From Bdellovibrionota bacterium (GTDB lineage Bacteria > Bdellovibrionota_C > UBA2361 > JBIKWN01): 54,411 bases of DNA. The stretch spans positions 1 through 54,411 of the forward strand of contig JBIKWN010000011.1 of NCBI GenBank assembly GCA_044356295.1. The letters run 5' to 3'. A program made the position numbers and the translations under genes. Of this stretch, positions 19,554-28,690 are shown in pieces; within the stretch, counting starts at the first letter, position 1; every line of letters begins with the position of its first letter. Under the pieces are notes generated by a model. It saw only the letters and a program-made list of their open reading frames with translations, was not told where the DNA came from and searched no databases.

Positions 19554-21404
19554 ATGACAGAACGTAATAGTAACAGGTCAACAGCAGCTCCAACCAGGGA
19601 AACCAAAGATCATGGGCTGAGTGGAGCTTCTTCTCCTAAAATAGGTACGAGGAACGATCTCCGACTAGAGTCAAAACCTCAGACTCCAACGACTACAGTT
19701 ACAGAAATACAATTAGTCAGAAAAGAAATGCTCATCGCTTCATTTTATAAGCAGTTAAGCAGCGCAAAAGCAGCAGGTGATAAAACTGAAGTAGCTCGAA
19801 TTTCTTCAATGATTGTTGCATCAGAAAAAACCTGGAAGAAGATGTGGACTGCCCAGTACACTCCATCTAAGCCTACAAAACTCTCTGCAGAGCAAGCTTT
19901 GTCTGTACAACTTGATAAGTTACAAGCTGTCGTGAGTCGTCGAGTGGGTAGATCTATTGATAGATTAGATACTGAGCAGATTCTTCCGATACAAAAGAAA
20001 GTTATTGCGTATCGTAAGTTAATCGATAGCCTTGAAAAGGATCAAGCAAAAGTAGGATTTCTCGAGGGACGATTTTTAGGCGATACCATTATCAAAGATA
20101 TTAAAGATGTCAAAAAGCTTCTTGAACCTCTCGAGAAACAGTATCGTGAGCTTCGAGAGAAGCGATCTTCATTAATCAAAGATTATATGGGGTTTGTCTC
20201 CTACTTAAGCTCAGGAAGGGAAACAATACAAAAACTGAGTTCAGCCCTTCCACCTTCAGTAAAAATCACATTAACACCGCAACCAGTTCGTAACCTTCAA
20301 GCGGCCTTTGCAGGGGTGGATAGTTTGTTGGCAAGTTTTCAAAAACAAGCAATTACGATACATAAGCGAGACCTGCTTAAACCAGCGGAAAATAATTCTA
20401 AACTTACAAAAAGCTTAGTCAAAGGTATTGATGAGGATTTTAATAAACTCAATATGCTCGGGAAAATTTTTGCTGGTGATGTTGGTAAAGATGCTCGAGA
20501 GATGTCTAAATCCGTTTCTCGTGATTATGCACAGATACTAGAAAAACATAAAAAAATAATTGATGAATTCAAAAATTTTGCTACGACAATGAAAGCAGCA
20601 TCTAATGAGTTTCAAAAAGGACAACCGATCTCATTTGTTATTTCTGTCCCTGGTGTACGAGGGACGAGTGCACCGTCAGTAAGAAATATTAATGTCAAAA
20701 TTGATATTTCAGAAAAAGGTATAATCAGACGTCTGGGATTAGATGTTGAAGTAATGAAAGTTGGTCAATTTACACGATCAAACGAGGGAACTCCTCGTTC
20801 GGAGCGAAGAATTCATTGGCCTCGATATAACTCTGGAGTAACACTTGCAGGGGGATATGATATTGGGCATAAAAATGAAGCAACGGTTCGAAGAGATCTG
20901 AATTTTGTTAATAAAGGTCTAAGGTTAGTTGGTAAACCTGAAATCCCTGAAAAAATAATAGATTCGTTAATTGGTGGAATAGGGCTTAAAGCAGGTCACG
21001 CCAAACGATACTTGGCAGCTCATCCTGAGCTCAAAGCGTACCGTTTGCCAAAAGAAGCGGTCGATATATTATTCTACAAATATTTCCGGAGAGAGTATAA
21101 AACAGCAGAAAGAGTATTAAATAAAAATATTCAACCATTTAAGTTTGAAGATCTGCCACTTGACGTTCGAAGACTCATTGCTGATACAGTAACACGAGGT
21201 GATTTCTTATCACTGAGAAATAGAAATAAGAGAGCTATATTCTATGGTTCAGTGAAAGAAGGAGCACGTACCGGTGATTGGTCAAGTTTTGCTGAAATCT
21301 ATACAGATAGAAAAGTATTTACGCTCAATCCTACAATTAACCGTCATGATCAAAGAGCTGAAAAAGCAGAAGAGATTGAACGAAGATTAGCAAGAAAAAA
21401 CTAA
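19554..21404 (+). CDS. Coiled-coil protein with C-terminal pesticin-type muramidase domain
   Basis: NEG...IHWP...SGVTLAGGYDIG matches the pesticin C-terminal lysozyme motif; no signal peptide. Confidence 0.8.
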   Translation: MTERNSNRSTAAPTRETKDHGLSGASSPKIGTRNDLRLESKPQTPTTTVTEIQLVRKEMLIASFYKQLSSAKAAGDKTEVARISSMIVASEKTWKKMWTAQYTPSKPTKLSAEQALSVQLDKLQAVVSRRVGRSIDRLDTEQILPIQKKVIAYRKLIDSLEKDQAKVGFLEGRFLGDTIIKDIKDVKKLLEPLEKQYRELREKRSSLIKDYMGFVSYLSSGRETIQKLSSALPPSVKITLTPQPVRNLQAAFAGVDSLLASFQKQAITIHKRDLLKPAENNSKLTKSLVKGIDEDFNKLNMLGKIFAGDVGKDAREMSKSVSRDYAQILEKHKKIIDEFKNFATTMKAASNEFQKGQPISFVISVPGVRGTSAPSVRNINVKIDISEKGIIRRLGLDVEVMKVGQFTRSNEGTPRSERRIHWPRYNSGVTLAGGYDIGHKNEATVRRDLNFVNKGLRLVGKPEIPEKIIDSLIGGIGLKAGHAKRYLAAHPELKAYRLPKEAVDILFYKYFRREYKTAERVLNKNIQPFKFEDLPLDVRRLIADTVTRGDFLSLRNRNKRAIFYGSVKEGARTGDWSSFAEIYTDRKVFTLNPTINRHDQRAEKAEEIERRLARKN

Positions 21405-21525
21405 ACAATATTTAAGAACCAAGTAAGCTTAATTTTTTACTGCTACTTTTGCTTCTATGAGGTTGGAACATTTTTGAGAAAGAATAACTTTGCTTCTGTA
21501 GGTTCGAACCAGAGCTTAACCAGCT

Positions 21526-21718
21526 GTTTTTGGGGTCTCTTGGGGCAATGTCGTTAGTTACGGTATTTCTACTCCGTGACCTTGAGCGTAGGCCTGAGCG
21601 TGAGCTTAAACTATTTAGGTCACGCTCAGGCACACGCTCAAGGTCACGGTAATTAAGTTCTTAACTTAATGGCATTGGTTTCACGGGAGGGGAGGGTGGA
21701 AAAACCATCAACCTATGA
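21526..21718 (+). pseudogene. Direct repeat copy B: diverged remnant of the cupin 3' end, interrupted by MITE copy 2
   Basis: Reads VFGVS before the MITE and VSR..GEGGKTINL-stop after it, as in the cupin C-terminus. Confidence 0.75.
21546..21677. mobile_element. MITE copy 2 (132 bp), more degenerate
   Basis: Colinear with 15219-15345; right IR cttaacttaatggcattg; left IR decayed; 11-bp flanks match 7/11. Confidence 0.82.
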
Positions 21719-21730
21719 TATCCTCTCGCA

Positions 21731-22510
21731 ATGAGAAATATCGTTCCTGTCATATCTGGAAAAGGTGGAGTCGGCAAATCTTCTGTCGCTGTAAACCTTG
21801 CTATAAGCCTTGCTAATACTGGTGCAAAAGTTGCTTTAATCGATTGCGATTTCTATGGTCCTTCTATTCCAACATTAATGGGTGGTGGGCAAGTAATCCC
21901 TGATCATGAAGGCAAACTTATTCCACCTGTAAAATTTGGAGTAAAATATATCTCTCTTGGGTTTTTCCTTCAGAATCCTGATGACCCCGTCATTTGGCGT
22001 GGACCGATGTTTAATAAAGCGCTCGTTCAGCTTTTTAATGATGTCTCTTGGGGTGAGGTTGATTATTGTATCGTTGATATGCCTCCAGGAACTGGTGATG
22101 CACAGATCTCTTTCTCGCAATCTGTTCAATGTGCTGGTGCCTTGGTTGTCACAACTCCACAAGAAGTCGCACTTGCTGACGTTAGAAAATCAATCAACAT
22201 GCTTGCGAAAGTAAATATCCCAGTGCTTGGTATAGTCGAAAATATGTCAGGACTTACACTTCCAGACGGCTCAATTCAATATATTTTTGGTCAAGGTGGA
22301 GGCGAAAAGCTTTCTACTATGTTTAATGCGCCACTTCTTGCTCAGATTCCAATTGAAGTTTCTATTCGAGAAGGGGGAGATAACGGGCTTCCTGTTGCAG
22401 TACAGGACTCAAATCCAGCTTCAAAGATTTTTGCCTCACTTGCATTGAGACTTCAGTCTATTCTTGATAAAAATAACCAATCTCAACCTCAGGTTCAGAT
22501 CTTTAATTAA
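21731..22510 (+). CDS. mrp: Mrp/ApbC/NBP35 family P-loop ATPase
   Basis: SGKGGVGKS, WRGPM, DMPPGTGD, VTTPQ, ENMS. Confidence 0.92.
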   Translation: MRNIVPVISGKGGVGKSSVAVNLAISLANTGAKVALIDCDFYGPSIPTLMGGGQVIPDHEGKLIPPVKFGVKYISLGFFLQNPDDPVIWRGPMFNKALVQLFNDVSWGEVDYCIVDMPPGTGDAQISFSQSVQCAGALVVTTPQEVALADVRKSINMLAKVNIPVLGIVENMSGLTLPDGSIQYIFGQGGGEKLSTMFNAPLLAQIPIEVSIREGGDNGLPVAVQDSNPASKIFASLALRLQSILDKNNQSQPQVQIFN

Positions 22511-22528
22511 TAGAGAGGGATAACCACC

Positions 22529-22921
22529 GTGCTTTTTTATACAGTTCTAGGAATTCATTGTCTTCTTTGCGTAACTTTGGTTGGGCTCGTCCTTATTCAA
22601 CAAGGTAAAGGTGCTGATATGGGTGCTGCCTTTGGTGGTGGAAGTAACACTCTCTTTGGTGCATCGGGGGCTACTGCTTTTATTACTAAACTTACAACTG
22701 GTATTGCAGTTGCGTTTATGGTCACTTCAATTCTTTTGATCAATCTTTATACTGCTCATACAAGAAGTGGTGGTGGAGTTTTCTCTGGGCAAGATGCCGT
22801 TCAGAAAATGCTTGATGCTAATCAGCCTGCTGCTGCTACTTCGAGTAATCCTGTTAGTGAAGCGCCTGCAGCACCGGTTGCAGCTCCGGTAGAGCCTGCT
22901 GCTGTGCCTGCTCCGAAATAA
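22529..22921 (+). CDS. secG: Preprotein translocase subunit SecG
   Basis: VLIQQGKGADMGAAFGGG, TLFGASG, two TM segments; followed by tRNA-Leu(GAG). Confidence 0.95.
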   Translation: MLFYTVLGIHCLLCVTLVGLVLIQQGKGADMGAAFGGGSNTLFGASGATAFITKLTTGIAVAFMVTSILLINLYTAHTRSGGGVFSGQDAVQKMLDANQPAAATSSNPVSEAPAAPVAAPVEPAAVPAPK

Positions 22922-22978
22922 AGATGCGAAATAAAGGCGAGCGTCCCTCATGCGATCCTTTTTATTTTCGTCAAAAGC

Positions 22979-23007
22979 TTGAGACTAATCAGATAAATCT
23001 CTATATT
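22979..23007 (+). promoter_or_regulatory. Sigma70-type promoter for tRNA-Leu
   Basis: TTGAGA-N17-TATATT, ending 16 nt before the tRNA. Confidence 0.6.
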
Positions 23008-23023
23008 TAGTGAGTGATTCTGT

Positions 23024-23107
23024 GCCCAGATGGTGGAACTGGTAGACACGCTGTCTTGAGGGGGCAGTGACCGCAAGGTCGTGGACGTTCGAGTCGTCTT
23101 CTGGGCA
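23024..23107 (+). tRNA. tRNA-Leu(GAG), CCA not encoded
   Basis: Acceptor stem gcccaga/tctgggc, anticodon arm ctgtc-ttGAGgg-ggcag, long variable arm, GTTCGA T-loop. Confidence 0.96.
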
Positions 23108-23130
23108 GATTTTTTTCTTTACATTCTCCT

Positions 23131-23203
23131 CCCCTCGACAAGCTCCCCTCGACAGGCTCGGGGTAAACCCTTGATAAACTCCCCTCGATAAACTTGGGGT
23201 AAA
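23131..23203. repeat. Tandem pair of 36-37 bp units built from cccctcgaca(a/g)gctcggggtaaa palindromes
   Basis: 23131-23167 versus 23168-23203; core shared with 12727-12745. Confidence 0.75.
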
Positions 23204-23232
23204 CCCTATATAGTGCTAATACAGAAAACTTA

Positions 23233-24087
23233 ATGAATCACGCACTCTTTGCTACCATTGTTGGTAGCTTTGCAATCTTATTTTGGGGAATCACTATTCC
23301 TCTTTCTAAATTTGTCTCTTCATCTTTAGGGCAGTTTACTACTGTTGGGATCTGTCTTTTATTCGGTGGAGTTTTATTTCGTTTAATTTTTGGGGCACCA
23401 AAACCAATCCCTAGTACTAAGCTTTTATTGTTAAGGTTTGCTCTTTATTCGTTGTATTTTATTTCACTTCACGCTGCGGTTGCAGCAACCAGTAAAGAAG
23501 CACTTCCTGTTATCTTGTTGGCAAATTATTTATGGCCGATTGCTACTGTTATATGGAGTAAAATATTTAAACGATTAGCAATTTCAAGACGATTACTTTT
23601 TTCGATATTTATGGTTGTTGTGGCTCTTGTGTTAGAAAAAGGAGGAGCTAGTTTTCTGGATACTCCTAAGCCTGATCTTATCTGGTTTCTTGTTGCGATT
23701 TTTGCAGCACTTCTTTGGGGAGCCTATTCAGCGCTGAATCAATTTCTTGCAACACAATGGGGAGATGTATCACATCTTTGTTTATTAGCTTTCCCAACGG
23801 GTGTTATCTTACTTTTTATTGGTTGTCTACGCGGCGAACCTCAAAATTTCGAACTTGCTCCAATAGCGCCTTATGCTACGTATATTATCTGTACGATCTT
23901 AGGACAGTATCTTTGGGATTATGGTACTCGGAATGGGAAAATCATTGTTCTTGGATTTATTGCCGATTTAACACCTTGGATCTCTCTTTTTACAGCAGGG
24001 ATTTTATTTCATACACCGATACCTTTGACTGTGTATCTTGCCGCAGCCCTTGTTTTATCCGCCGCATGGATTGCTAGACGCGAGTAG
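23233..24087 (+). CDS. EamA/DMT family transporter (YddG-like)
   Basis: About 10 TM segments; NYLWP, LWGAYS, LWDYG motifs. Confidence 0.85.
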   Translation: MNHALFATIVGSFAILFWGITIPLSKFVSSSLGQFTTVGICLLFGGVLFRLIFGAPKPIPSTKLLLLRFALYSLYFISLHAAVAATSKEALPVILLANYLWPIATVIWSKIFKRLAISRRLLFSIFMVVVALVLEKGGASFLDTPKPDLIWFLVAIFAALLWGAYSALNQFLATQWGDVSHLCLLAFPTGVILLFIGCLRGEPQNFELAPIAPYATYIICTILGQYLWDYGTRNGKIIVLGFIADLTPWISLFTAGILFHTPIPLTVYLAAALVLSAAWIARRE

Positions 24088-24173
24088 CACGCCTATTACC
24101 ATGATGAAGATCATGCGATAGATATTCTATTATTGGTGACGTAGGGCTTACGAAAGGTGATAATTGTCCTCCT

Positions 24174-26510
24174 ATGGACGAAAAACTTTTAAAAATTCAT
24201 GAATACTGGTCTGCCGCTAATTATCTTTCGGTGGGGCAGATATATCTTTTCGATAATCCACTTTTAAAAGAAAAACTTACTACTAAACATATTAAGCCAA
24301 GACTACTCGGGCACTTTGGTACAACACCGGGATTAAATTTCATCTATGCACATTTAAATCGTGTCATTAATGAGGATCGTCAAAAAATGCTCTATATTTG
24401 TGGCCCTGGACATGGTGGACCTGGAATAGTTGCTAATGCATATTTAGAAGGCACCTATTCTGAAGTATACCCAGCTATTTCTGAAGATGAAGCAGGTTTA
24501 AAAAAATTATTTACTCAATTTTCATTTCCAGGTGGAATCCCTAGTCATGTTGCGCCCGAAACGCCAGGTTCGATTCATGAGGGTGGAGAGTTAGGATACG
24601 CACTATCTCATGCATATGGTGCCGCGTTTGATAATCCTGATCTTTTAGTAGCATGTGTTATTGGGGATGGTGAAGCCGAAACTGGCCCTCTTGCAACAAG
24701 TTGGCATTCAAATAAATTTTTAAATCCTGTCCACGATGGAGCAGTGCTTCCGATTCTTCATTTGAATGGTTACAAAATTGCTGGACCAACGGTGTTAGCA
24801 AGGATTGAAAAAGAAGAGCTTGATCATTTGCTTCGTGGATATGGGCATACTCCGTATTATGTTGAAGGTGACGACCCAGAGTACATGCATCAAAAAATGT
24901 ATGAAGTACTAGATCTTGTTATGACCGAAATACGAGAGATACAAGGAAGAGCGAGAGAAAATGGTTTTACTGAACGTCCTCGTTGGCCAATGATCGTACT
25001 TCGCTCACCAAAGGGATGGACCTGCCCTGAAACGGTAGACGGTAAGCAGATTGAAGGAACATTTCGCTCCCATCAAGTGCCACTTTCTGAATTATTTGAA
25101 AAGCCCGAGCATGTTGAAATATTAGAAAAATGGCTAAAAAGTTATCAACCTGAAAAACTTTTTATAAATGGAAAACTTCGAGAAGATCTAAAAGCACTCG
25201 CTCCAAAAGGTGGACTTAGAATGAGTGCAATACCACTTACAAATGGCGGTGCAGTTCTTCAGGAGTTAAAACTTCCAGATTATGCAGAGTATGCAGTTGA
25301 AGTTTCATCGCCAGGAAGTATTGATGCTGAAGCACCTCGAACATTGGGAATGTTTCTTCGCGATGTTTTAAAGATAAATGAAAAAGAGAAAAATTTTCGA
25401 ATTTTTAGTCCTGATGAAACTTCATCTAATCGGCTTGGTTCAGTGTTTGAAGTGACAACACGAATGTCTACTGCCACTATCTTACCAAGTGATGACCATG
25501 TTTCCTCAAACGGCCGTGTGCTTGAAATGCTTAGTGAGCATCAGTGTCAAGGATGGCTTGAAGGATATCTGTTAACTGGTCGGCACGGTGTTTTTAGCTG
25601 TTATGAAGCTTTTATCCATATTATCGATTCAATGTTTAACCAACATGCGAAATGGTTAAAAACAATTCGAGAAATCCCATGGAGAAAACCTGTGGCTTCT
25701 TTGAATTATTTGCTGTCTTCTCATGTATGGCGGCAAGATCATAACGGTTTTAGTCATCAAGATCCTGGTTTCATCGATCATGTTGTCAATAAAAAAGCAG
25801 AAGTGATTCGAGTCTACCTTCCAGCGGATGCAAATTGTTTATTAAGTGTCACTAGTCATTGTTTGCGTAGTAAAAATTATGTCAACGTAATTGTGTGTGG
25901 TAAGCAGCCATCGCCGCAGTGGTTAACCATTGAAGAAGCAACTGAGCATTGCGCTTTAGGGATCGGTATTTGGAATTGGGCTTCTTCTGATAATGGGAGT
26001 GACCCTGATATTGTTTTTGCATCCGCAGGCGACGTGCCAACGGTAGAGGCATTAGCGGCTGTTTCAATCCTTAAAAAAGAGCTTCCAGCTTTAAAGATTC
26101 GTTTTATTAATGTTGTCGATCTAATGAAATTAGAATCTGAAAAACAACATCCACACGGTCTTTCTGATCAAGTATTTGATGAACTTTTTACAAAAGATAA
26201 ACCAGTCATCTTTGCATATCACGGCTATCCTGCCTTAGTACATCGACTGACGTACAACAGAACCAATCATGAAAATTTTCATGTTCATGGTTATAAGGAA
26301 GAGGGGACAACAACGACTCCTTTCGATATGGTTGTTCTTAATCATTTAGATCGGTATCACTTGGTTCTCAATGCACTTTCGCGAATACAAAAAGACACAT
26401 CGCATGCGAAAATAGTTTCCGAAATGCATTCTAAATTAGAAGAACATACAAAATATATCCGCACTCATGGTATTGATATGCCTGAGATTCTTAATTGGAA
26501 GTGGAGTTAA
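24174..26510 (+). CDS. xfp: Xylulose-5-P/fructose-6-P phosphoketolase
   Basis: GPGHG, EGGELGY, TPP motif [25 protein letters not shown]. Confidence 0.96.
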   Translation: MDEKLLKIHEYWSAANYLSVGQIYLFDNPLLKEKLTTKHIKPRLLGHFGTTPGLNFIYAHLNRVINEDRQKMLYICGPGHGGPGIVANAYLEGTYSEVYPAISEDEAGLKKLFTQFSFPGGIPSHVAPETPGSIHEGGELGYALSHAYGAAFDNPDLLVACVIGDGEAETGPLATSWHSNKFLNPVHDGAVLPILHLNGYKIAGPTVLARIEKEELDHLLRGYGHTPYYVEGDDPEYMHQKMYEVLDLVMTEIREIQGRARENGFTERPRWPMIVLRSPKGWTCPETVDGKQIEGTFRSHQVPLSELFEKPEHVEILEKWLKSYQPEKLFINGKLREDLKALAPKGGLRMSAIPLTNGGAVLQELKLPDYAEYAVEVSSPGSIDAEAPRTLGMFLRDVLKINEKEKNFRIFSPDETSSNRLGSVFEVTTRMSTATILPSDDHVSSNGRVLEMLSEHQCQGWLEGYLLTGRHGVFSCYEAFIHIIDSMFNQHAKWLKTIREIPWRKPVASLNYLLSSHVWRQDHNGFSHQDPGFIDHVVNKKAEVIRVYLPADANCLLSVTSHCLRSKNYVNVIVCGKQPSPQWLTIEEATEHCALGIGIWNWASSDNGSDPDIVFASAGDVPTVEALAAVSILKKELPALKIRFINVVDLMKLESEKQHPHGLSDQVFDELFTKDKPVIFAYHGYPALVHRLTYNRTNHENFHVHGYKEEGTTTTPFDMVVLNHLDRYHLVLNALSRIQKDTSHAKIVSEMHSKLEEHTKYIRTHGIDMPEILNWKWS

Positions 26511-26516
26511 GTGTAG

Positions 26517-27596
26517 ATGAATGTCCTGATTATAAATCCAGGGAGTTCAAGTGTTCGTTTTGCATTATTTCAGAAAGACAAGGAAAACCCGCCCTTATGT
26601 CTATTTCGAACAAAAATTGAATGTAAATTTGCGGCTTTATCTGAGATAGATATTGGCGAAGAAATTAAAAAGCATTATGCCATCATTGAAAAAGAGTTGG
26701 GCGGGATTGTAATAGATTCGATTCTTTACAGAGTTGTACATGGAGGCTCTGACTATCGTGATCCACAAGAAATTTCTGAGAGCGTTTTGTATGCAATCGA
26801 TCAGTACGCAGAAATTGCTCCTTTACATAATATAGTAGTAGCGAAATATATATCCTGTTTTCAACAGAAATTTTCCAATAGCAAGCATGTTGCAGTTTTT
26901 GATACATCTTTCCATAAAACAATTCCTGATGTTGCAGCTATCTATGCAATTCCTTCTGCAGTTTCTGAAAAGTATGAAATTCGAAGATATGGATTTCATG
27001 GGCTCGCCCATCAGAGTGCAGCTGAAAAAATAAAAGATGAATTTAGAGATAACAGTTCTCTAAAACATATCAATTGTCATTTAGGTTCAGGCTCAAGCAT
27101 TTGTGCAATCTATAACGGGGTAAGCCTCGATTGTTCGATGGGATTTACGCCTCTTGAGGGATTGATGATGGGCACAAGATCAGGAGATATCGATCCAGGA
27201 TTGCTATTGTATCTTTTACGACGAAAGGAATTCACTGTTGATTCTCTGAGTGATATTTTAAACCATACATCTGGTTTGTTGGGGGTCTCTGAACTTTCAT
27301 CAGACATGCAAGAGTTAGAGAAGTCTTATGCAACAAATCAAAAAGCACATCTTGCGATAGAGATGTATTGTTACCGAGTTATTAAATATGTCGGAGCTTT
27401 TGCTGGAGTACTTGGTGGTGCTGATATATTAACATTTTCAGGTGGGATAGGAGAAAATAGCACGCTTATACAGCAAAAAATTCAACAACAAATATTTAAA
27501 TTAATTCCTACGGTAGTATCAAAGTCTATAAAAGTAGATGAAGAGCTACAAATGTATAACTTGTATACTTCTACTGCTGTCGATCAATTTCGATAA
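26517..27596 (+). CDS. ackA: Acetate kinase
   Basis: INPGSSS, RVVHGG, APLHN, RRYGFHG, MGFTPLEG, GGIGEN. Confidence 0.93.
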   Translation: MNVLIINPGSSSVRFALFQKDKENPPLCLFRTKIECKFAALSEIDIGEEIKKHYAIIEKELGGIVIDSILYRVVHGGSDYRDPQEISESVLYAIDQYAEIAPLHNIVVAKYISCFQQKFSNSKHVAVFDTSFHKTIPDVAAIYAIPSAVSEKYEIRRYGFHGLAHQSAAEKIKDEFRDNSSLKHINCHLGSGSSICAIYNGVSLDCSMGFTPLEGLMMGTRSGDIDPGLLLYLLRRKEFTVDSLSDILNHTSGLLGVSELSSDMQELEKSYATNQKAHLAIEMYCYRVIKYVGAFAGVLGGADILTFSGGIGENSTLIQQKIQQQIFKLIPTVVSKSIKVDEELQMYNLYTSTAVDQFR

Positions 27597-28614
27597 TCGC
27601 TTGAAGGAGTGTCTGAGTTTTAGGGAAGTTTAAAAGATTCAGATCGTAATCAGCATCATTCATAGCTTGTTCAAAAGCATTTCGTGCTGGACCTGATTTC
27701 GTTATGACTCCACCGATTAATGCAACTTCAGCAGAAGTTGCATCATTCATCGCGAATCCAGTTTGAAGAAGTTTTGCACAAGCTTTTCCAGAATCTTCAA
27801 GAATATCTAATGCGATTGGATCTCCTAAAAGTGCTGCTTGAGAAACAAGTGGAGCAAGGGGCGAGAAGAATTTTACTTTTTCGCCGTCGGGCTGATTATT
27901 GTATATATCTGGATACTTGATAGTCATATCAGTGACTCCAAGTCTCTCAACGAAAAGATTTACGAGATGTGATCCCTTATTTCTAATTAAATCCTCAAGA
28001 GATTGTGGCGTATAAGCTCCACTGTTAGATTTACTTTTCAAGCTTTCAAATCTTGCAGTACCTGAAAGAGATTGAAGTTCATGGAGTGCCTCAAAGAAGC
28101 CTCGTATCCCAATACCAACGCCACCAGCCTCATAATCACTTCCTAAGTACCAACTACCACCAACTGTTTGAACTATTCCTGGGAACTCTTCAAACTCAAA
28201 AGCTGAGTTGGCGCCCGTGCCACTTACAAGCGAAGCTTTAGCCCCCTCTCTAAAATTTACTGCAGCAAGACCCAGTGCTGAATCGTTAACGATTCTTATC
28301 TTTGAATTTTTTAGTTCAGCTGCATGAACAGCCTGAAGGATCCTTTGAAGATCCTCGGGTGTTTCATAACCAGCAACACCTAGGGTAACGCTTGCTACAT
28401 CCTGTAATGGATCTGCAATTTCAAAATGTTTGCATACTGTACTGAGTAACTTAGTAAAACCCTCAACCCCAATAGTTCTAATGTTTCCTGGCTGTTGAAT
28501 TTGAACTTCTTCAAAATCATGTCCATCAGTACTACTGCAAGCAGCAGTTGTAGCGGTACCACCACAGTCAAAAGCGATATGAGCTTTATTTAAATGAGAA
28601 AGCTGAAATATCAT
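27571..28614 (-). CDS. BadF/BadG-type ASKHA sugar kinase (N-acetylglucosamine kinase-like)
   Basis: FDCGGT, LGVAG, VNDS, SGTGAN, VGGSWYLG, IGGV. Confidence 0.8.
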   Translation of the reverse strand: MIFQLSHLNKAHIAFDCGGTATTAACSSTDGHDFEEVQIQQPGNIRTIGVEGFTKLLSTVCKHFEIADPLQDVASVTLGVAGYETPEDLQRILQAVHAAELKNSKIRIVNDSALGLAAVNFREGAKASLVSGTGANSAFEFEEFPGIVQTVGGSWYLGSDYEAGGVGIGIRGFFEALHELQSLSGTARFESLKSKSNSGAYTPQSLEDLIRNKGSHLVNLFVERLGVTDMTIKYPDIYNNQPDGEKVKFFSPLAPLVSQAALLGDPIALDILEDSGKACAKLLQTGFAMNDATSAEVALIGGVITKSGPARNAFEQAMNDADYDLNLLNFPKTQTLLQAIIEIDRQQ

Positions 28615-28690
28615 AGATTCCCTCGACAGGAATGTTAACTCATGCGGGAATCCTAATCAAAAAATTATTATCAGTTTATGTAAATACTAT

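Noticed and set aside
21499..21510. tRNA-like GGTTCGAACC motif
   Set aside because: No cloverleaf or acceptor stem can be built around it.
21412..21633. 73-aa minus-strand ORF with SRSRSR repeats
   Set aside because: It starts inside MITE copy 2 and the Arg-Ser run is the translated hexamer repeat.
23131..23203. Possible CRISPR array
   Set aside because: Only two abutting units, no unique spacers and no cas genes.
23024..28614. Genomic island integrated at tRNA-Leu
   Set aside because: No integrase and no duplicated tRNA 3' end was seen in the window.
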